Origin: Escherichia phage vB_EcoM_LNA6
DNA length: 64,000 nt
Direction: 5' to 3' (one strand)
Sequence record: OM630585.1
The notes under the pieces were generated by a model. It saw only the letters and a list, made by a program, of their open reading frames with translations. It did no database searches and was not told the origin of the DNA. Shown here one piece after another: positions 1 to 10,854 of this stretch (positions within the stretch are counted from its first letter, which is position 1; each line of letters opens with the position of its first letter). The translations under genes were made by a program, and so were the position numbers.

Positions 1-30
1 TTTTTGTAGCTTGTATCTGCTTGTGACATA

Positions 31-576
31 TTAAAAGTGCCCTTTTACTTGTGGAACATAGATTTCAAAAGTTGCTTTACCATCCTCTGATGGTTTTGAC
101 TGTACCTTTGTAAACACACGGTTATCATACAGCTTCTCAAAGAAGTTTTCAAAAGGTAAATGCACAGTGGCCTCTTCAGTAACTTTATGGAAAACAGTAT
201 GGAACACCACACTAGCATACGGTAAAGCATTGACAAGGATACCTGCACCACCAATTACAAAGACATCTTCATCAATAGAGCTATCAAGATACTTCAAAAA
301 TGCTCCAAATGACTCTTTACTGGCTTTAGCATACATTACATCATCTTTGCCAAAGTCTATGCCTAAGTATGGTACAGAATTTGTTAAGATGAGGTTTGCA
401 CGTTCTGGTAAAGGTTTACTACCCAGAGTCTTAAAAGTCTTATTACCCATGACTACTAAGTTATTTTTAGTGAGTCTCTTAAACTCTTGCATGTCCTGTT
501 TATGTCGAGGCCACGGCATACCAGTCGGTGTACCAAATTCACCGTTTTCACCACTTGCAAATATTAGTTTAATCAT
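31..576 (-). CDS. dihydrofolate reductase
   Basis: 181 aa; N-terminal MIKLIFA...GMPWP DHFR signature; typical DHFR length. Confidence 0.8.
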   Translation of the reverse strand: MIKLIFASGENGEFGTPTGMPWPRHKQDMQEFKRLTKNNLVVMGNKTFKTLGSKPLPERANLILTNSVPYLGIDFGKDDVMYAKASKESFGAFLKYLDSSIDEDVFVIGGAGILVNALPYASVVFHTVFHKVTEEATVHLPFENFFEKLYDNRVFTKVQSKPSEDGKATFEIYVPQVKGHF

Positions 577-833
577 TTTGTAAACCCTTTCTTAATGAAC
601 CAGTTGATGACACTCTTCACAAATTTACTACGATGGTAGATAAAATGTGGAGAGGGTTGGTATGAACCATAAGCCCAGAAAGCGATAATTTCATTACACC
701 CTGTGCATCGGGTACTTTCTTCAGCAATATGACCGTTGACTATTTCGCTTACCTCACCTTGTAAGTCTGTACACCCACAATGTGGACATCGGATAGGTGT
801 TCCATCAGACTCATAGCAGTGTTCAATTTTCAT
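573..833 (-). CDS. Cys-rich zinc-ribbon protein (hypothetical)
   Basis: 86 aa with CPHCGC...CTGC cysteine pairs; start overlaps DHFR stop. Confidence 0.4.
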   Translation of the reverse strand: MKIEHCYESDGTPIRCPHCGCTDLQGEVSEIVNGHIAEESTRCTGCNEIIAFWAYGSYQPSPHFIYHRSKFVKSVINWFIKKGFTK

Positions 834-1349
834 TTATTTAACCTCAAAAACTGGCTCAAGAACCAATATAAAGTCTACACAGTCATCTTCTTCATCCAGA
901 ATACCATCAAAGTTCTTAGGAACGAAGTCGAAGAGGTTCATAACAAAGCAGTCAGAAGTGACCTTGATAGTTCCTCCCATGTTCTCTACAGTTAGCACTG
1001 TACGACTTTCTTTTACCTCCCTCAGAAGATTACCCACAAAGTCGTCTAAGAAGTACTTCATCAGTGACTTGAAACCTTTAGGGTAATCTGTACCAGAGTA
1101 TGTTTCAATCTGAGGAACAAGCTTAACATTTATACTAGTCTTTGTTAAGAACGTTTTAGAGAACATACTATCAGGTAACTTACAAACAGTCTTTCCAGTA
1201 CCTTCATGCTCAATCTCAACAAAACCAGCTTCGTCGCCACATGTAACTATTTTAAAAGATGCTTCATTCTCATACTGTGAAGCCATAAACTTTTTAAGCA
1301 TCTCTTTAAGGAAGTCTGCATGAGCATCTTGTAAGAAGATATCAATCAT
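834..1349 (-). CDS. hypothetical protein
   Basis: 171 aa ORF, tightly packed in minus-strand operon. Confidence 0.4.
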   Translation of the reverse strand: MIDIFLQDAHADFLKEMLKKFMASQYENEASFKIVTCGDEAGFVEIEHEGTGKTVCKLPDSMFSKTFLTKTSINVKLVPQIETYSGTDYPKGFKSLMKYFLDDFVGNLLREVKESRTVLTVENMGGTIKVTSDCFVMNLFDFVPKNFDGILDEEDDCVDFILVLEPVFEVK

Positions 1350-1362
1350 AGTTAATCACCTA

Positions 1363-1722
1363 TTATGGGAACAAACACTTAATGTCATCGTTTTTGAAAA
1401 CAAAACTTGTGTAATTATGACCATCAACATCCAGCCAAACAGCCTGAACATCTACACCATCAAGATTTTGGTAAAGCTCTTTGATGAAGTGGTCTTTTAC
1501 AATCTGACTGCTAGTTGTTTCCAACTTAATGTTCGAGATTGCTGAACCTACAGCCATATAGCCCATGACACGTTTCTTCTCAGTATGCTTAATCTTACCA
1601 TCTTTGTAAGCCATAATGAGATTGGAAAGAATCTTTACACCGTAATACTTTTCAAGGTGAGTAGGTACACCATAAAAGCCTAATGCGAAGTTTTCAGAGT
1701 GGATAATGTTTTCACGTTTCAT
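1363..1722 (-). CDS. hypothetical protein
   Basis: 119 aa ORF in operon context. Confidence 0.4.
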   Translation of the reverse strand: MKRENIIHSENFALGFYGVPTHLEKYYGVKILSNLIMAYKDGKIKHTEKKRVMGYMAVGSAISNIKLETTSSQIVKDHFIKELYQNLDGVDVQAVWLDVDGHNYTSFVFKNDDIKCLFP

Positions 1723-1723
1723 A

Positions 1724-2053
1724 CTAGTCTGCCAACCTTAAATTGAAATTAACACCAAATTTTTCACATACTTCCAACATATACTCAAGGGAAACATTAC
1801 CAGTGAGGTGGATTATGTTGGATACACGAGCCTGAGAGATACCACAAATTTTAGCAACTTGCTCTTGAGAAAGACCTCTTGATTTAATCTCTCTCTTAAA
1901 ACGATGTGCAACGAAGTCTCTCATTTCATCTACATCCATTGGACAAATATAACTCTCCATTTCAGCCTCTCTATCAGCCTCCCAATCATCTTGTGGGGCA
2001 TAAGGGTCAAAAACCTCATTCATCTTTCTTCTTCCGTTTGAGTGAAGTGTCAA
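1724..2053 (-). CDS. helix-turn-helix DNA-binding protein
   Basis: C-terminal GLSQEQVAKICGISQARVSNI resembles an XRE-type HTH. Confidence 0.5.
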   Translation of the reverse strand: MTLHSNGRRKMNEVFDPYAPQDDWEADREAEMESYICPMDVDEMRDFVAHRFKREIKSRGLSQEQVAKICGISQARVSNIIHLTGNVSLEYMLEVCEKFGVNFNLRLAD

Positions 2054-2228
2054 TCAATGAATCTATGTTTGTAGCCCTAACCTTTTCACGTTCATCATTA
2101 AGATAATCGTCAAGAGCCTTTTCAATCTGTGAATCATCTTGACAGATGACTGTAAAGACTGTAAAGCCGTCTGTATCGTCAATTATCTTACCATAACCGC
2201 TTCTGGGATGTAACTTTTTAAGAGCCAT
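2016..2228 (-). CDS. hypothetical protein
   Basis: 70 aa ORF overlapping neighbour end; weak. Confidence 0.3.
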   Translation of the reverse strand: MALKKLHPRSGYGKIIDDTDGFTVFTVICQDDSQIEKALDDYLNDEREKVRATNIDSLIDTSLKRKKKDE

Positions 2229-2229
2229 A

Positions 2230-2613
2230 TTAGATACCTGTGCAGCTTCTGTTTTCTAAGAAATACTCAACACCATACATAGCTTTTTGCATCAAATCTT
2301 CTTTAAACTGGATACGATGGTTGAGCATAGCCTGTACATCAATATCATCATGGTGCTTCTCTTTAATATTTGCAGATTGCAGGAAATACTCTGCAAGAAC
2401 GCGATACTGGTAGTCAGTTACCTTATCAGTCATCTCTGTCAAAGACTCTTCAGAGATTGGTTTAAGTAGCTCACCATTAGCTAGAGCAACACCTTTTACA
2501 ATCTGGCAAGTATCCTCTGGAACACCTGATAAGTCCACATTTGGAAGTTCTGTTGCATTGACTGGTAAATTCATTGCCATAACCATTGCAGCAGCTAATA
2601 AAATCTTTTTCAT
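2230..2613 (-). CDS. secreted protein with signal peptide
   Basis: N-terminal MKKILLAAAMVMAMNLPVNA hydrophobic signal followed by polar region. Confidence 0.45.
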   Translation of the reverse strand: MKKILLAAAMVMAMNLPVNATELPNVDLSGVPEDTCQIVKGVALANGELLKPISEESLTEMTDKVTDYQYRVLAEYFLQSANIKEKHHDDIDVQAMLNHRIQFKEDLMQKAMYGVEYFLENRSCTGI

Positions 2614-2639
2614 AATGACCTCAAAGTTATATTAAATTT

Positions 2640-2700
2640 TGTATTACATTGAGTATAAAAATAAGCTATAACACCTGACTTGTCAACAGATTTTATAGCT
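2640..2700. repeat. inverted repeat / hairpin (ataagctataa...ttatagcttat)
   Basis: Near-perfect palindrome arms at 2661-2671 and 2691-2701. Confidence 0.4.
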
Positions 2701-2830
2701 TATTTGGCAGATTTTTTATAAGGCTACTGCCATCCTTCCATACCTTACCTTACCACACCTAACCATACCTAACCAAACTACACCATACAATACCTTGTTA
2801 AAAGACCCTCTTAAAGACCTTTTAAAAAGG
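2700..2830. repeat. CA-rich degenerate tandem repeat tract, copy 1
   Basis: ccataccttaccttaccacacctaaccatacctaaccaaac...; almost G-free on plus strand; related tract at 3960-4230. Confidence 0.5.
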
Positions 2831-2848
2831 AGCCTCCGAAGAGGCTGC
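2815..2848 (-). terminator. intrinsic terminator
   Basis: Minus-strand ggcagcctcTTCGgaggctcc hairpin followed by T-run. Confidence 0.5.
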
Positions 2849-2857
2849 CTAGTCAAC

Positions 2858-3298
2858 TTAGAAAGGTTTTCTACGTTGCTTGTTAATGTTAGCTTTCATA
2901 GCAGCTAAATGGTTTTGCTGTTCAATTAGTCGTGAACGTTCTTGATGGCTAAGTGCCATAGTGTTCACATTCTCAATTGCTTGAGTGGCTTGCTTTAAAG
3001 CTCGACCAATCTTACCAGACATTTTACGTTTTGCAATAGTTGCTTGATGCTTAGGTTCAACCACACGATAACCAACACCCATTGAAGCAACCAGATAAAT
3101 CTTCTCTTCTTTAAGAAGCTTCTCAATAAACTTCTCAAGTCGGTTTAGACGTGTAAGCGCATAAGCCTTCATTTCATCTTCGTACTTAACAATGTCACCT
3201 TGATAAGTTGGCTTCACAATACCTAAGAAGGTGTCCATCTCAGAATGTGATACAGTGTCACCGTAACTAAACTTTGCTGCTAATGCTTTCGTATTCAT
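2858..3298 (-). CDS. hypothetical protein
   Basis: 146 aa ORF; terminator-like hairpin downstream on minus strand. Confidence 0.4.
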   Translation of the reverse strand: MNTKALAAKFSYGDTVSHSEMDTFLGIVKPTYQGDIVKYEDEMKAYALTRLNRLEKFIEKLLKEEKIYLVASMGVGYRVVEPKHQATIAKRKMSGKIGRALKQATQAIENVNTMALSHQERSRLIEQQNHLAAMKANINKQRRKPF

Positions 3299-3300
3299 AA

Positions 3301-3906
<606 letters not shown>

Positions 3907-3959
3907 TTAGTTGATTGTTAAGTTGTTTGTAAAGAACCCTCAACAGAAGACTCTTTAGA

Positions 3960-4230
3960 AACTTGGTAGATTTTTAACGTGGCTACTACCATCCACCCAT
4001 ACCTCACATCACCATACCATACCTGACCGGACCTAACCAAACTCCACAGCACCATACATCACATCACACAACCTTATTAAAAGCCCCTGTTTAAAGACCT
4101 TTTAAAAAGGTAAGTCTCATTTTAATGTAGCTGAGACTAACTACCCATACCAAACAGCACCGCACTATGCCTTACCCCACCTCACCGAGCCTCGCCCCAC
4201 ATCACTTAAAAACCCTTTTCAAAGACTCTT
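3960..4230. repeat. CA-rich degenerate tandem repeat tract, copy 2
   Basis: ccacccatacctcacatcaccataccatacctgacc... plus shared tail ttaaaagaccc/ttaaagaccttttaaaaagg. Confidence 0.5.
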
Positions 4231-4453
4231 AAGTGATGTTGGTGAGTACCCGTTGGTTTATGCTGCTCAGTATACTCACCAAATTTTCTATGTCAACAAC
4301 TTTTTATAAAAAAGTTCTGATAGCTATATGTGTCACGAAACAAAAGATTGTAAACAAGACACCCATTGCAAAAGATGTGTCCAAAAGCTTACTTGCAACG
4401 TATGACAATACAAAGACAACCAGTATAAACAGAATGACTGTACTGAACATAGT

Positions 4454-5554
4454 TTATTCATAATCCCTAATAACTAGCCCTACAGGGAACTGTAAAGACC
4501 CCTTACGAGTCATCTTCTGGAACTGAACCGTTAAAGGTTTCCCGATAAACTCTTCAGGGTGTTCAGCAAGATACTGTTTCTTCTCGTGAGTAGTCTTCCA
4601 TGAAACATCTACAAAGACGTTAGGAAGAGTCTCTACAACGAACTTACCATGACCACGCTTATCGGTCTTGACACCAGTCACTTTAAACTCTTCAGTGTGC
4701 ATCTTCTTGTGCTTAATCAAGAAGTATGAACGGTGACAACACTCATAGAAGGAGTCTTCAGAGATTGAACGGTACATTGCACCTTCAAACTTAGCTTCAA
4801 CCCACTTATCATGAGCTTCATCAAACTCTTCCCAAGAATTTACACGGATAGTCTGTACAGGAACAACTCTACAGGTATCCCCAAGCTCAACAATAGGTGA
4901 GTTATCAATAACTTCACGACGTTCAGGCCAAGATTTTGAATTGTCGCAGATATCATACCAGTAGAATTTAAGAAGGTGACGGTCTGGATTGTCAGCATTC
5001 TTAATCATAGACACAATGTCTTCTAAGTCCCAACCATGAGCATAAATCTCGCCATCAAAGTCTTCAACTTGTGGATGTAATTTAAGCAACAAAAGCAAAT
5101 CTGGGATTAGTTCTTCTGGAACGTTGTAAACAGTATTCTCACGAGAATAAGCCGTGAAACTAACTGAATCATCATCTCTTGAAATTCTACAACGAACACC
5201 ATCAAATTTTGGTTGAGCATCAGCAGGGAACTTCAGGTACTTCGCATGACTAACCTTTGCAGCATCATGAGCAAGCTGTACACCTACCTTCTCAGTATTC
5301 TGTGCAGACTCTTTTGTGTAAGCATAACCTTTACGGTCAACTTGCTTTTTATACTTAGCAGCAACTTCAAAGAGAGCTTGCTGTTCAGTGTTACGCTCAT
5401 TCTTTTTACCGATGTTTTTAGGTTCTGCTGTATACTCTTCAAACATCATCTTGCCATTTTCTTTACCGTAGGTTGTAATAACTTTGTCACCTACAGCAAC
5501 GCATGACCAGACGTTGAAGGAACCGTCTTTATTTTGTTTGTACAGAATTGTCAT
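4454..5554 (-). CDS. ATP-dependent DNA ligase
   Basis: 366 aa; KFDGVRC matches ligase adenylation motif I (KxDG); size fits T7-type ligase. Confidence 0.65.
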   Translation of the reverse strand: MTILYKQNKDGSFNVWSCVAVGDKVITTYGKENGKMMFEEYTAEPKNIGKKNERNTEQQALFEVAAKYKKQVDRKGYAYTKESAQNTEKVGVQLAHDAAKVSHAKYLKFPADAQPKFDGVRCRISRDDDSVSFTAYSRENTVYNVPEELIPDLLLLLKLHPQVEDFDGEIYAHGWDLEDIVSMIKNADNPDRHLLKFYWYDICDNSKSWPERREVIDNSPIVELGDTCRVVPVQTIRVNSWEEFDEAHDKWVEAKFEGAMYRSISEDSFYECCHRSYFLIKHKKMHTEEFKVTGVKTDKRGHGKFVVETLPNVFVDVSWKTTHEKKQYLAEHPEEFIGKPLTVQFQKMTRKGSLQFPVGLVIRDYE

Positions 5555-5856
5555 TTTCTCTTACCACCAATCTCTACGTCAATAACTTGAACATCGCCAG
5601 CAACATCAAACTTATGAATGATGCTTTCCACAGTGTAAGTCCAACCATCAATGCGAACCAACTCGCCTTCTCGTGGGACGATTGGATTACGTTGAGCTAC
5701 GGTTGTAGTGGAGTGAACAACATCATAACGATAGGTATAGTTTACTAATACTTCCATCGTGAAAACCTCACTCAATAACCGTGGTATGTGATTGACCATT
5801 TTTGCCATAGCTATAAGATGTTGTTGTTTGAGAGTTTGGACATCTGACAACAACAA
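5551..5856 (-). CDS. hypothetical protein
   Basis: 101 aa ORF overlapping ligase start. Confidence 0.4.
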   Translation of the reverse strand: MLLSDVQTLKQQHLIAMAKMVNHIPRLLSEVFTMEVLVNYTYRYDVVHSTTTVAQRNPIVPREGELVRIDGWTYTVESIIHKFDVAGDVQVIDVEIGGKRK

Positions 5857-6028
5857 TATCTCTGCTTATAGCATCACCATGTAACTTGTATACTCTGCAA
5901 TCTTGCATCTCTGGTGGGAGGCTGTAAGAAGCATTTTTATCTTCATAAGAAGGGTTGCAGCCAGATAGAAAAATAACACCAAGCGCAATTACTGATTTCC
6001 ACATAATACACCCCTGTTTACTGTTCAC
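5768..6028 (-). CDS. small lipoprotein
   Basis: 86 aa; signal peptide ending in lipobox-like LSGC. Confidence 0.4.
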   Translation of the reverse strand: MNSKQGCIMWKSVIALGVIFLSGCNPSYEDKNASYSLPPEMQDCRVYKLHGDAISRDIVVVRCPNSQTTTSYSYGKNGQSHTTVIE

Positions 6029-6191
6029 GATGCTCTACTTCTCTGTATGTACGTCGATAATGAATGATAAGTGGTGCTAATTCATTGCTTTTAACATTTG
6101 AGCGTAACAGTTGCCAGTCAAAACCTTTACCAACTCTTCCATATAAATTAAAAAACTTAACTTTGCGTTTCATTTTCGGTATCTCCAATAT

Positions 6192-6419
6192 TCAGAGGTT
6201 AATATTAATACGTTCGCCCTTAAGGACTCCAGTACGGTCCCTTGCAATCTTACCATCAACAATAAGGATATGCGCAGACCTTAAAGAGTCACCATTAAAA
6301 CCTTTTACGAACTTACTAGGCATCACTACAATGGACATCTCCTGAATCATCTCTGGAGTATAGTAATTGTCGTGAAGTTGCTGAATAACGTCTGCAAGTG
6401 TCATTTTTGATGTCTCCAA
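6192..6419 (-). CDS. hypothetical protein
   Basis: 75 aa ORF. Confidence 0.3.
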   Translation of the reverse strand: METSKMTLADVIQQLHDNYYTPEMIQEMSIVVMPSKFVKGFNGDSLRSAHILIVDGKIARDRTGVLKGERININL

Positions 6420-6610
6420 TACTCAATGTCAATAAGTTCTTGTGCAATGCTTTTCAGATTACCTTTCAAGAAAACCTTCTCAGAACATGAAAGAGATGAA
6501 TTGTCAATTAACCTGTTCATTCTCTCAAACAGCTTCTGCTTACGATTTTTGATAGTCTCCTTTGAAGCACCTTTCATCATCGCTGCATGGGTTCTTCCAC
6601 GATGGCTCAT
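6401..6610 (-). CDS. hypothetical protein
   Basis: 69 aa basic ORF. Confidence 0.3.
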   Translation of the reverse strand: MSHRGRTHAAMMKGASKETIKNRKQKLFERMNRLIDNSSLSCSEKVFLKGNLKSIAQELIDIEYWRHQK

Positions 6611-6671
6611 AAGCCCTCCTATATAAGATATAGTATAAGGTACTCTTCCCTGAGCACCTTGTCAATACTAA

Positions 6672-7231
6672 TCAGTGTACCTCAAGCCAATTCTTACCAA
6701 CTTTACCAGTACCAGTTACAAGCGTTTCCTCCTTAAGTCCTAAGTTTCTTGATGCCTGACCATACATCCAGTCAATCACTGCTTTAACATCTTGTGTCAT
6801 CTCTTCTGGGCACTCCCAACTATTTTCATCGTGGTATGCTAGAAGCAATCTAGCACCAATAGCTGGTTTTCGACCATTCAGCTTTGTAAGACCCTCTTCA
6901 CAAGTTCTTCTACAAGCGAGGTTGATGGCTTCATTCTGAACCTGACTTTCCGAACCCATGAGCAGATAATTCAATAGTTTGTGTGGAGATTTACACCACA
7001 ACCATGCACCAGCAACCTTTACAAAACCACCTTTAGAAATTGCAGCAGTCTTACCAAATACCTCTTCAAGAGCCTTCTTAGTGGCTTTGAAGTCAGCTTC
7101 CAAATTATCTATCAACTTTTTAATCTTAGGGAGGCGTACAAAGTAAGTTTGCTTAGTTAAAGCACCTTCTTCGGTTGTTGATGCTTTAATCGTCTTGGCA
7201 AACTTCTCATCACCTGCCCCAAACAATACAT
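6672..7231 (-). CDS. DNA polymerase (family A, T7-type), exon 2
   Basis: Begins LFGAGDEK (second half of motif B, cf. T7 YGAGDEK) and contains HDE-type motif C; in-frame stop immediately upstream shows it is not a free-standing gene. Confidence 0.65.
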
Positions 7232-8035
7232 CTGGTCAATACACTCGCAAGGTGTACCAGTTCTCTTATGAACTTCTCCGCATTTCTACGGAGTGTCGGA
7301 CTATATCACGTAGTAGTAATACTACCGTTGCACTTGGGAATGGTCATTAGCTTACCACCCTACTCTACTCAGTTCATACATTAAGTATGCTTTTCGATAG
7401 TCTCTGAACGTTTCTCTGTTAGGAACTCTAAAATACTATTGTTTACTAAGGTATGCAATTGCTCTCTGCATATTATCAACGCTATCTGCAAGCAACCCCA
7501 AAGCCCTATTGCAATTGTGGCACAACATACCTCTTACTTTTCCGGTTTTGTGGTCATGGTCAACGACAAGTTTAGCCTTATGCCGTGAACTATTCATGAT
7601 AAAACCTTCACCGCCACAAATTTGACATTTGTAATCACAGTTACGGAGTAAGGTTTCAACCTCTTCTCTTTCTAAACCATATGTTCTCAGGTAGTAATTC
7701 TTAACTCTACCTTTCTCTCCGCAATGCGAAGAACAATAAACTTGCCTTGCTGTTCTAGGCATGAACACCTTCTCACAGCTAGGACATTTCTTAGTAAGAA
7801 CCCTATGTTCTGCTCTTCTGTCAAATTTTAATACGCAACTTCTGCACCGTTTTTGATTGTATTGGTATGGTTTAAACTCTGCACCACACTCAGTACACAA
7901 TCTCTCTTTGTAACCTGCCATTGTCTCTCCCCTTTGCTTTAGGAGTCCTAACAGAGACTTCGCTGCTGATTACCATATCTTTACAGACTTAGGCTTCCAG
8001 CAATTCACAACGTTTTACATGCGCCACTGACGCAT
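7232..8035 (-). other. putative group I intron in DNA polymerase gene (boundaries inferred)
   Basis: Polymerase reading frame is broken inside motif B; one junction obeying exon-U / intron-terminal-G rules gives ...KNGIY|VLFGAGDEK; contains HNH ORF. Confidence 0.45.
7436..7921 (-). CDS. HNH endonuclease (intron-encoded)
   Basis: 161 aa; multiple CxxC pairs plus DHDHKTG...HNCN HNH motif; lies between polymerase fragments. Confidence 0.75.
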   Translation of the reverse strand: MAGYKERLCTECGAEFKPYQYNQKRCRSCVLKFDRRAEHRVLTKKCPSCEKVFMPRTARQVYCSSHCGEKGRVKNYYLRTYGLEREEVETLLRNCDYKCQICGGEGFIMNSSRHKAKLVVDHDHKTGKVRGMLCHNCNRALGLLADSVDNMQRAIAYLSKQ

Positions 8036-10172
8036 AAATGCCATTCTTGGCTTTCTTACGACCCTTACTAATTTCTTGAAGAAGGTTTGTATCCTGAGTA
8101 GCTCGACAAGTCAAGATATCTTCCTCTTTATTAAGGCTGAAGTAGATGCTATTTAAAGTATGCGCATCAGTTCCTGAGTACACCACGTACAAGTCATTTT
8201 CAGAATCATAATGCAAATACTTGTCAATCTCTGGGTTTAGATACTGGTCAAAATGTTTGCAATAGTATCTGCCATCCTCTTGTTTGACAAACTCAACTTC
8301 TTCTTTACCCTCTGTCACTGCTTTGGTGAACTCTTTATCACCCATAAAGTTACACAGCAGTACAAGTTGCGCGCTATTCATATCTGCTGAAACAATATTA
8401 GTTCCTTCTTCACAAGTCCACACCTCCCTCATAGGTGCTCCATAGACAGCAGCACCAGACGGTACGTTTACAATACCATATTGTGTCATACGTCCAGTTG
8501 AAGTGCCAAACACCATTGCACCAGCACTAAGGCGACCATCAGGACGAATCTGGTTCAACCAACCTTTTTCATCATCCTTTGAGTTCTCAATAGTTCTGCG
8601 TCGGTGCATCAAAGTATAGTACTTAGCAATCTTCTGTCCAAGCTCACCTTCAATCGTATCATAAGATGATTCAGTAAGTTTTGGTGAAGTACGGATTAAG
8701 CAAGGTTCAAGCAAATCTGTGTATTTCTTCACAGACCAGTTATGCTCAATATACTGTACACCTTCGTGCTCAACATAGCTCAAACCACACCGCTCAACCA
8801 TTTCCTGCCACTTAGGATGTTTTGTAATCATCTTTTTATTGTCTTTGAAACGACAAACTTTGACAGGGCGACCATCTGAGTCTTTCTTGTAGTTCCAGTC
8901 ATCTGGAATCCAACCAACTGATTTCAAGTAGTCTTTAACAACTGCTACCTGAGTCATACGAGAAACTTCAAACTCAATTGGTGTATACGGTGCATCAATC
9001 AAACCTGTGTAGCGACTTGACTCAAGTTCAAAGTGGTTAACAACGTGACTGTTATAGTACTTCACAGTTTTGACTGTTTTTACTGGCTTCCAGTCTTTGC
9101 ATTTCTTACCAATCTTTGCATTCAACTCATTGCAAATTTCACGAGCATCCTTCATTGCTACAAAACCCTCCTTGTACTCTTCACCAGTTACAGAGTTGGT
9201 TGGTGTATAGCAATTTCTCTTTTCAATGTTAAAAATCTTTGTAGTTGGCTTACCAAATGGCTTGATTTCATATGTCTGCATCTCACCATTACGTACCTGC
9301 TGACGATACTTTGTCTTAGGGTACTTGGTAATCCTCTTCAGTCCATCTGCATGACCAAATGTTTCAACATACTCATTCCAAGCCCTTGCAAACTCTTCTC
9401 CAGTGACTTTACCTTTGGTCTTAATAGTTGGAGGAAGATGTGGTTCAACCTCTGAAGCAAGCTCATTAGTCAACTTGTCAAGTTCCTTTACATGGAACTC
9501 CATAAGCTCTTTATCAGCTTTCCAACCATTGATAGCTTGCTGGCTCATCCAGAAAGATGTCTCTTTAGCTCGCATGTAGGTTTCATAAGTGTCTATGCCA
9601 CACTTCTTAAGCTTGAGATACTCGTTATCAAGTGCCCGTTTAGTTTTGGTGTTAATACGGATATCTTCTACAACACGAGTGAAGATTTCTGCATTCCACA
9701 CACCCCAATGTTCAATCTCTGGTTTACGAACACCGACACGAGCACCCCATGCAGCCAAACCATGAGCACCTTTATAACCCCTTGGAGTTGGTCTATCCAT
9801 CCACTGAACACGAGACTGAATAAGAGAATCCTGAAAGAAATTACTCCACGGCTTACACTTTGGATTATCAAAGTTCCATAAATCAGGTGCAATGTGATTG
9901 AAAACCCACCAGTCATAACCGAGACCGTTATGGATGCAAAGACGTTTTGCCTTTAACGCAAACTCAACACCTTCACGTAAACCACCCTTAATGTACTTGG
10001 TATACTTGTGACCGAGGATAGGCTCATCTGTGAAGACCCATACAGGTGGCTCTTCATCGTCAGATTTATAGTCTGCAAAAGCCATTACGTGAACTTTAGT
10101 GAACTCAAGGAGTAAACCATCAGTCTCTGTATCACCAACCAAATGTAAGTTTTTAAAATCTATGTTTTCCAT
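8036..10172 (-). CDS. DNA polymerase (family A, T7-type), exon 1
   Basis: N-terminal DTETDG 3'-5' exonuclease motif; HGLAAWGARVG and NGLGYD resemble T7 gp5; tail KAKNGIY is first half of motif B; 3' boundary inferred. Confidence 0.7.
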
Positions 10173-10233
10173 TTTTTACTCCCTCTAAAACCATTAACCC
10201 CATACATTACTGCAAAAAATTATAAAAAGCAAG

Positions 10234-10290
10234 TTGACAATGCACTTGACAAGGTGTTAATCTTTGCGAAGTGGGTTTTTACTTAAAAGG
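10234..10290 (+). promoter_or_regulatory. divergent-junction promoter region with tandem TTGACA boxes
   Basis: agTTGACAatgcacTTGACAaggtgtt; same 25-bp motif recurs at 56139. Confidence 0.4.
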
Positions 10291-10430
10291 TTACTTAACA
10301 GTTTAACTATACAGATACTTTAAAACTCTTAAAAGATTATTTAATAGCTTTTAAAAAGCTTTAAAGTATAACGTATAGAATACGTTAAGATAAAAGATTA
10401 AAACTTAATAGTTACTTAAAAGAGGCTTAC

Positions 10431-10853
10431 ATGCAGAAAATGTTTGTTCACCCAGACATAGCTGACTTTGTTAGAGCTTTGCAGAAGTTGGAAGAACTTG
10501 ACATTGCTGCTCAACGGGAATATGCTCACCATCACAGGAGAATGGTTGATATACAACATGAAATAGAGTTGTCTGAAAACTATGAAGATGACTTAAAATG
10601 CTCTGTATTTGAGCATATGAAAGATGTTGCTACAGCGAGACGTAAAGCTAAAGACACAGTTGCTTTACTAGATTCTCTTAAAAAGAGGTTGCAAAGTGGT
10701 ACAGACTTGTGTAATCTAGCATCACTTATTAACGATGTTGAAACTTCTTGGGATAGGCACTATTATCCACGTTCTGAAAAGACACTTGACTTTTCTTCAT
10801 CAGAAAACTTAAAATGTTCTAGAAAGAAACTTAACCAACTGAGAGAGAAATAA
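10431..10853 (+). CDS. hypothetical protein
   Basis: 140 aa, first gene of plus-strand block after divergent promoter region. Confidence 0.4.
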   Translation: MQKMFVHPDIADFVRALQKLEELDIAAQREYAHHHRRMVDIQHEIELSENYEDDLKCSVFEHMKDVATARRKAKDTVALLDSLKKRLQSGTDLCNLASLINDVETSWDRHYYPRSEKTLDFSSSENLKCSRKKLNQLREK

Positions 10854-10854
10854 T

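Noticed and set aside
45-583. ORFs 45..254 (-) and 167..583 (+) overlapping the DHFR gene
   Set aside because: Shadow frames of a clearly recognisable DHFR coding sequence with low-complexity translations.
7232-8035. Intein in the DNA polymerase
   Set aside because: The HNH ORF is in a separate frame with its own start and stop, and the polymerase frame has stops at both junctions, so an in-frame intein is excluded; intron or split gene is more consistent.
9033-9916. Plus-strand ORFs 9033..9455, 9492..9881 and minus ORF 9668..9916 inside the DNA polymerase gene
   Set aside because: Antisense or alternate-frame shadows of a well-supported polymerase reading frame.
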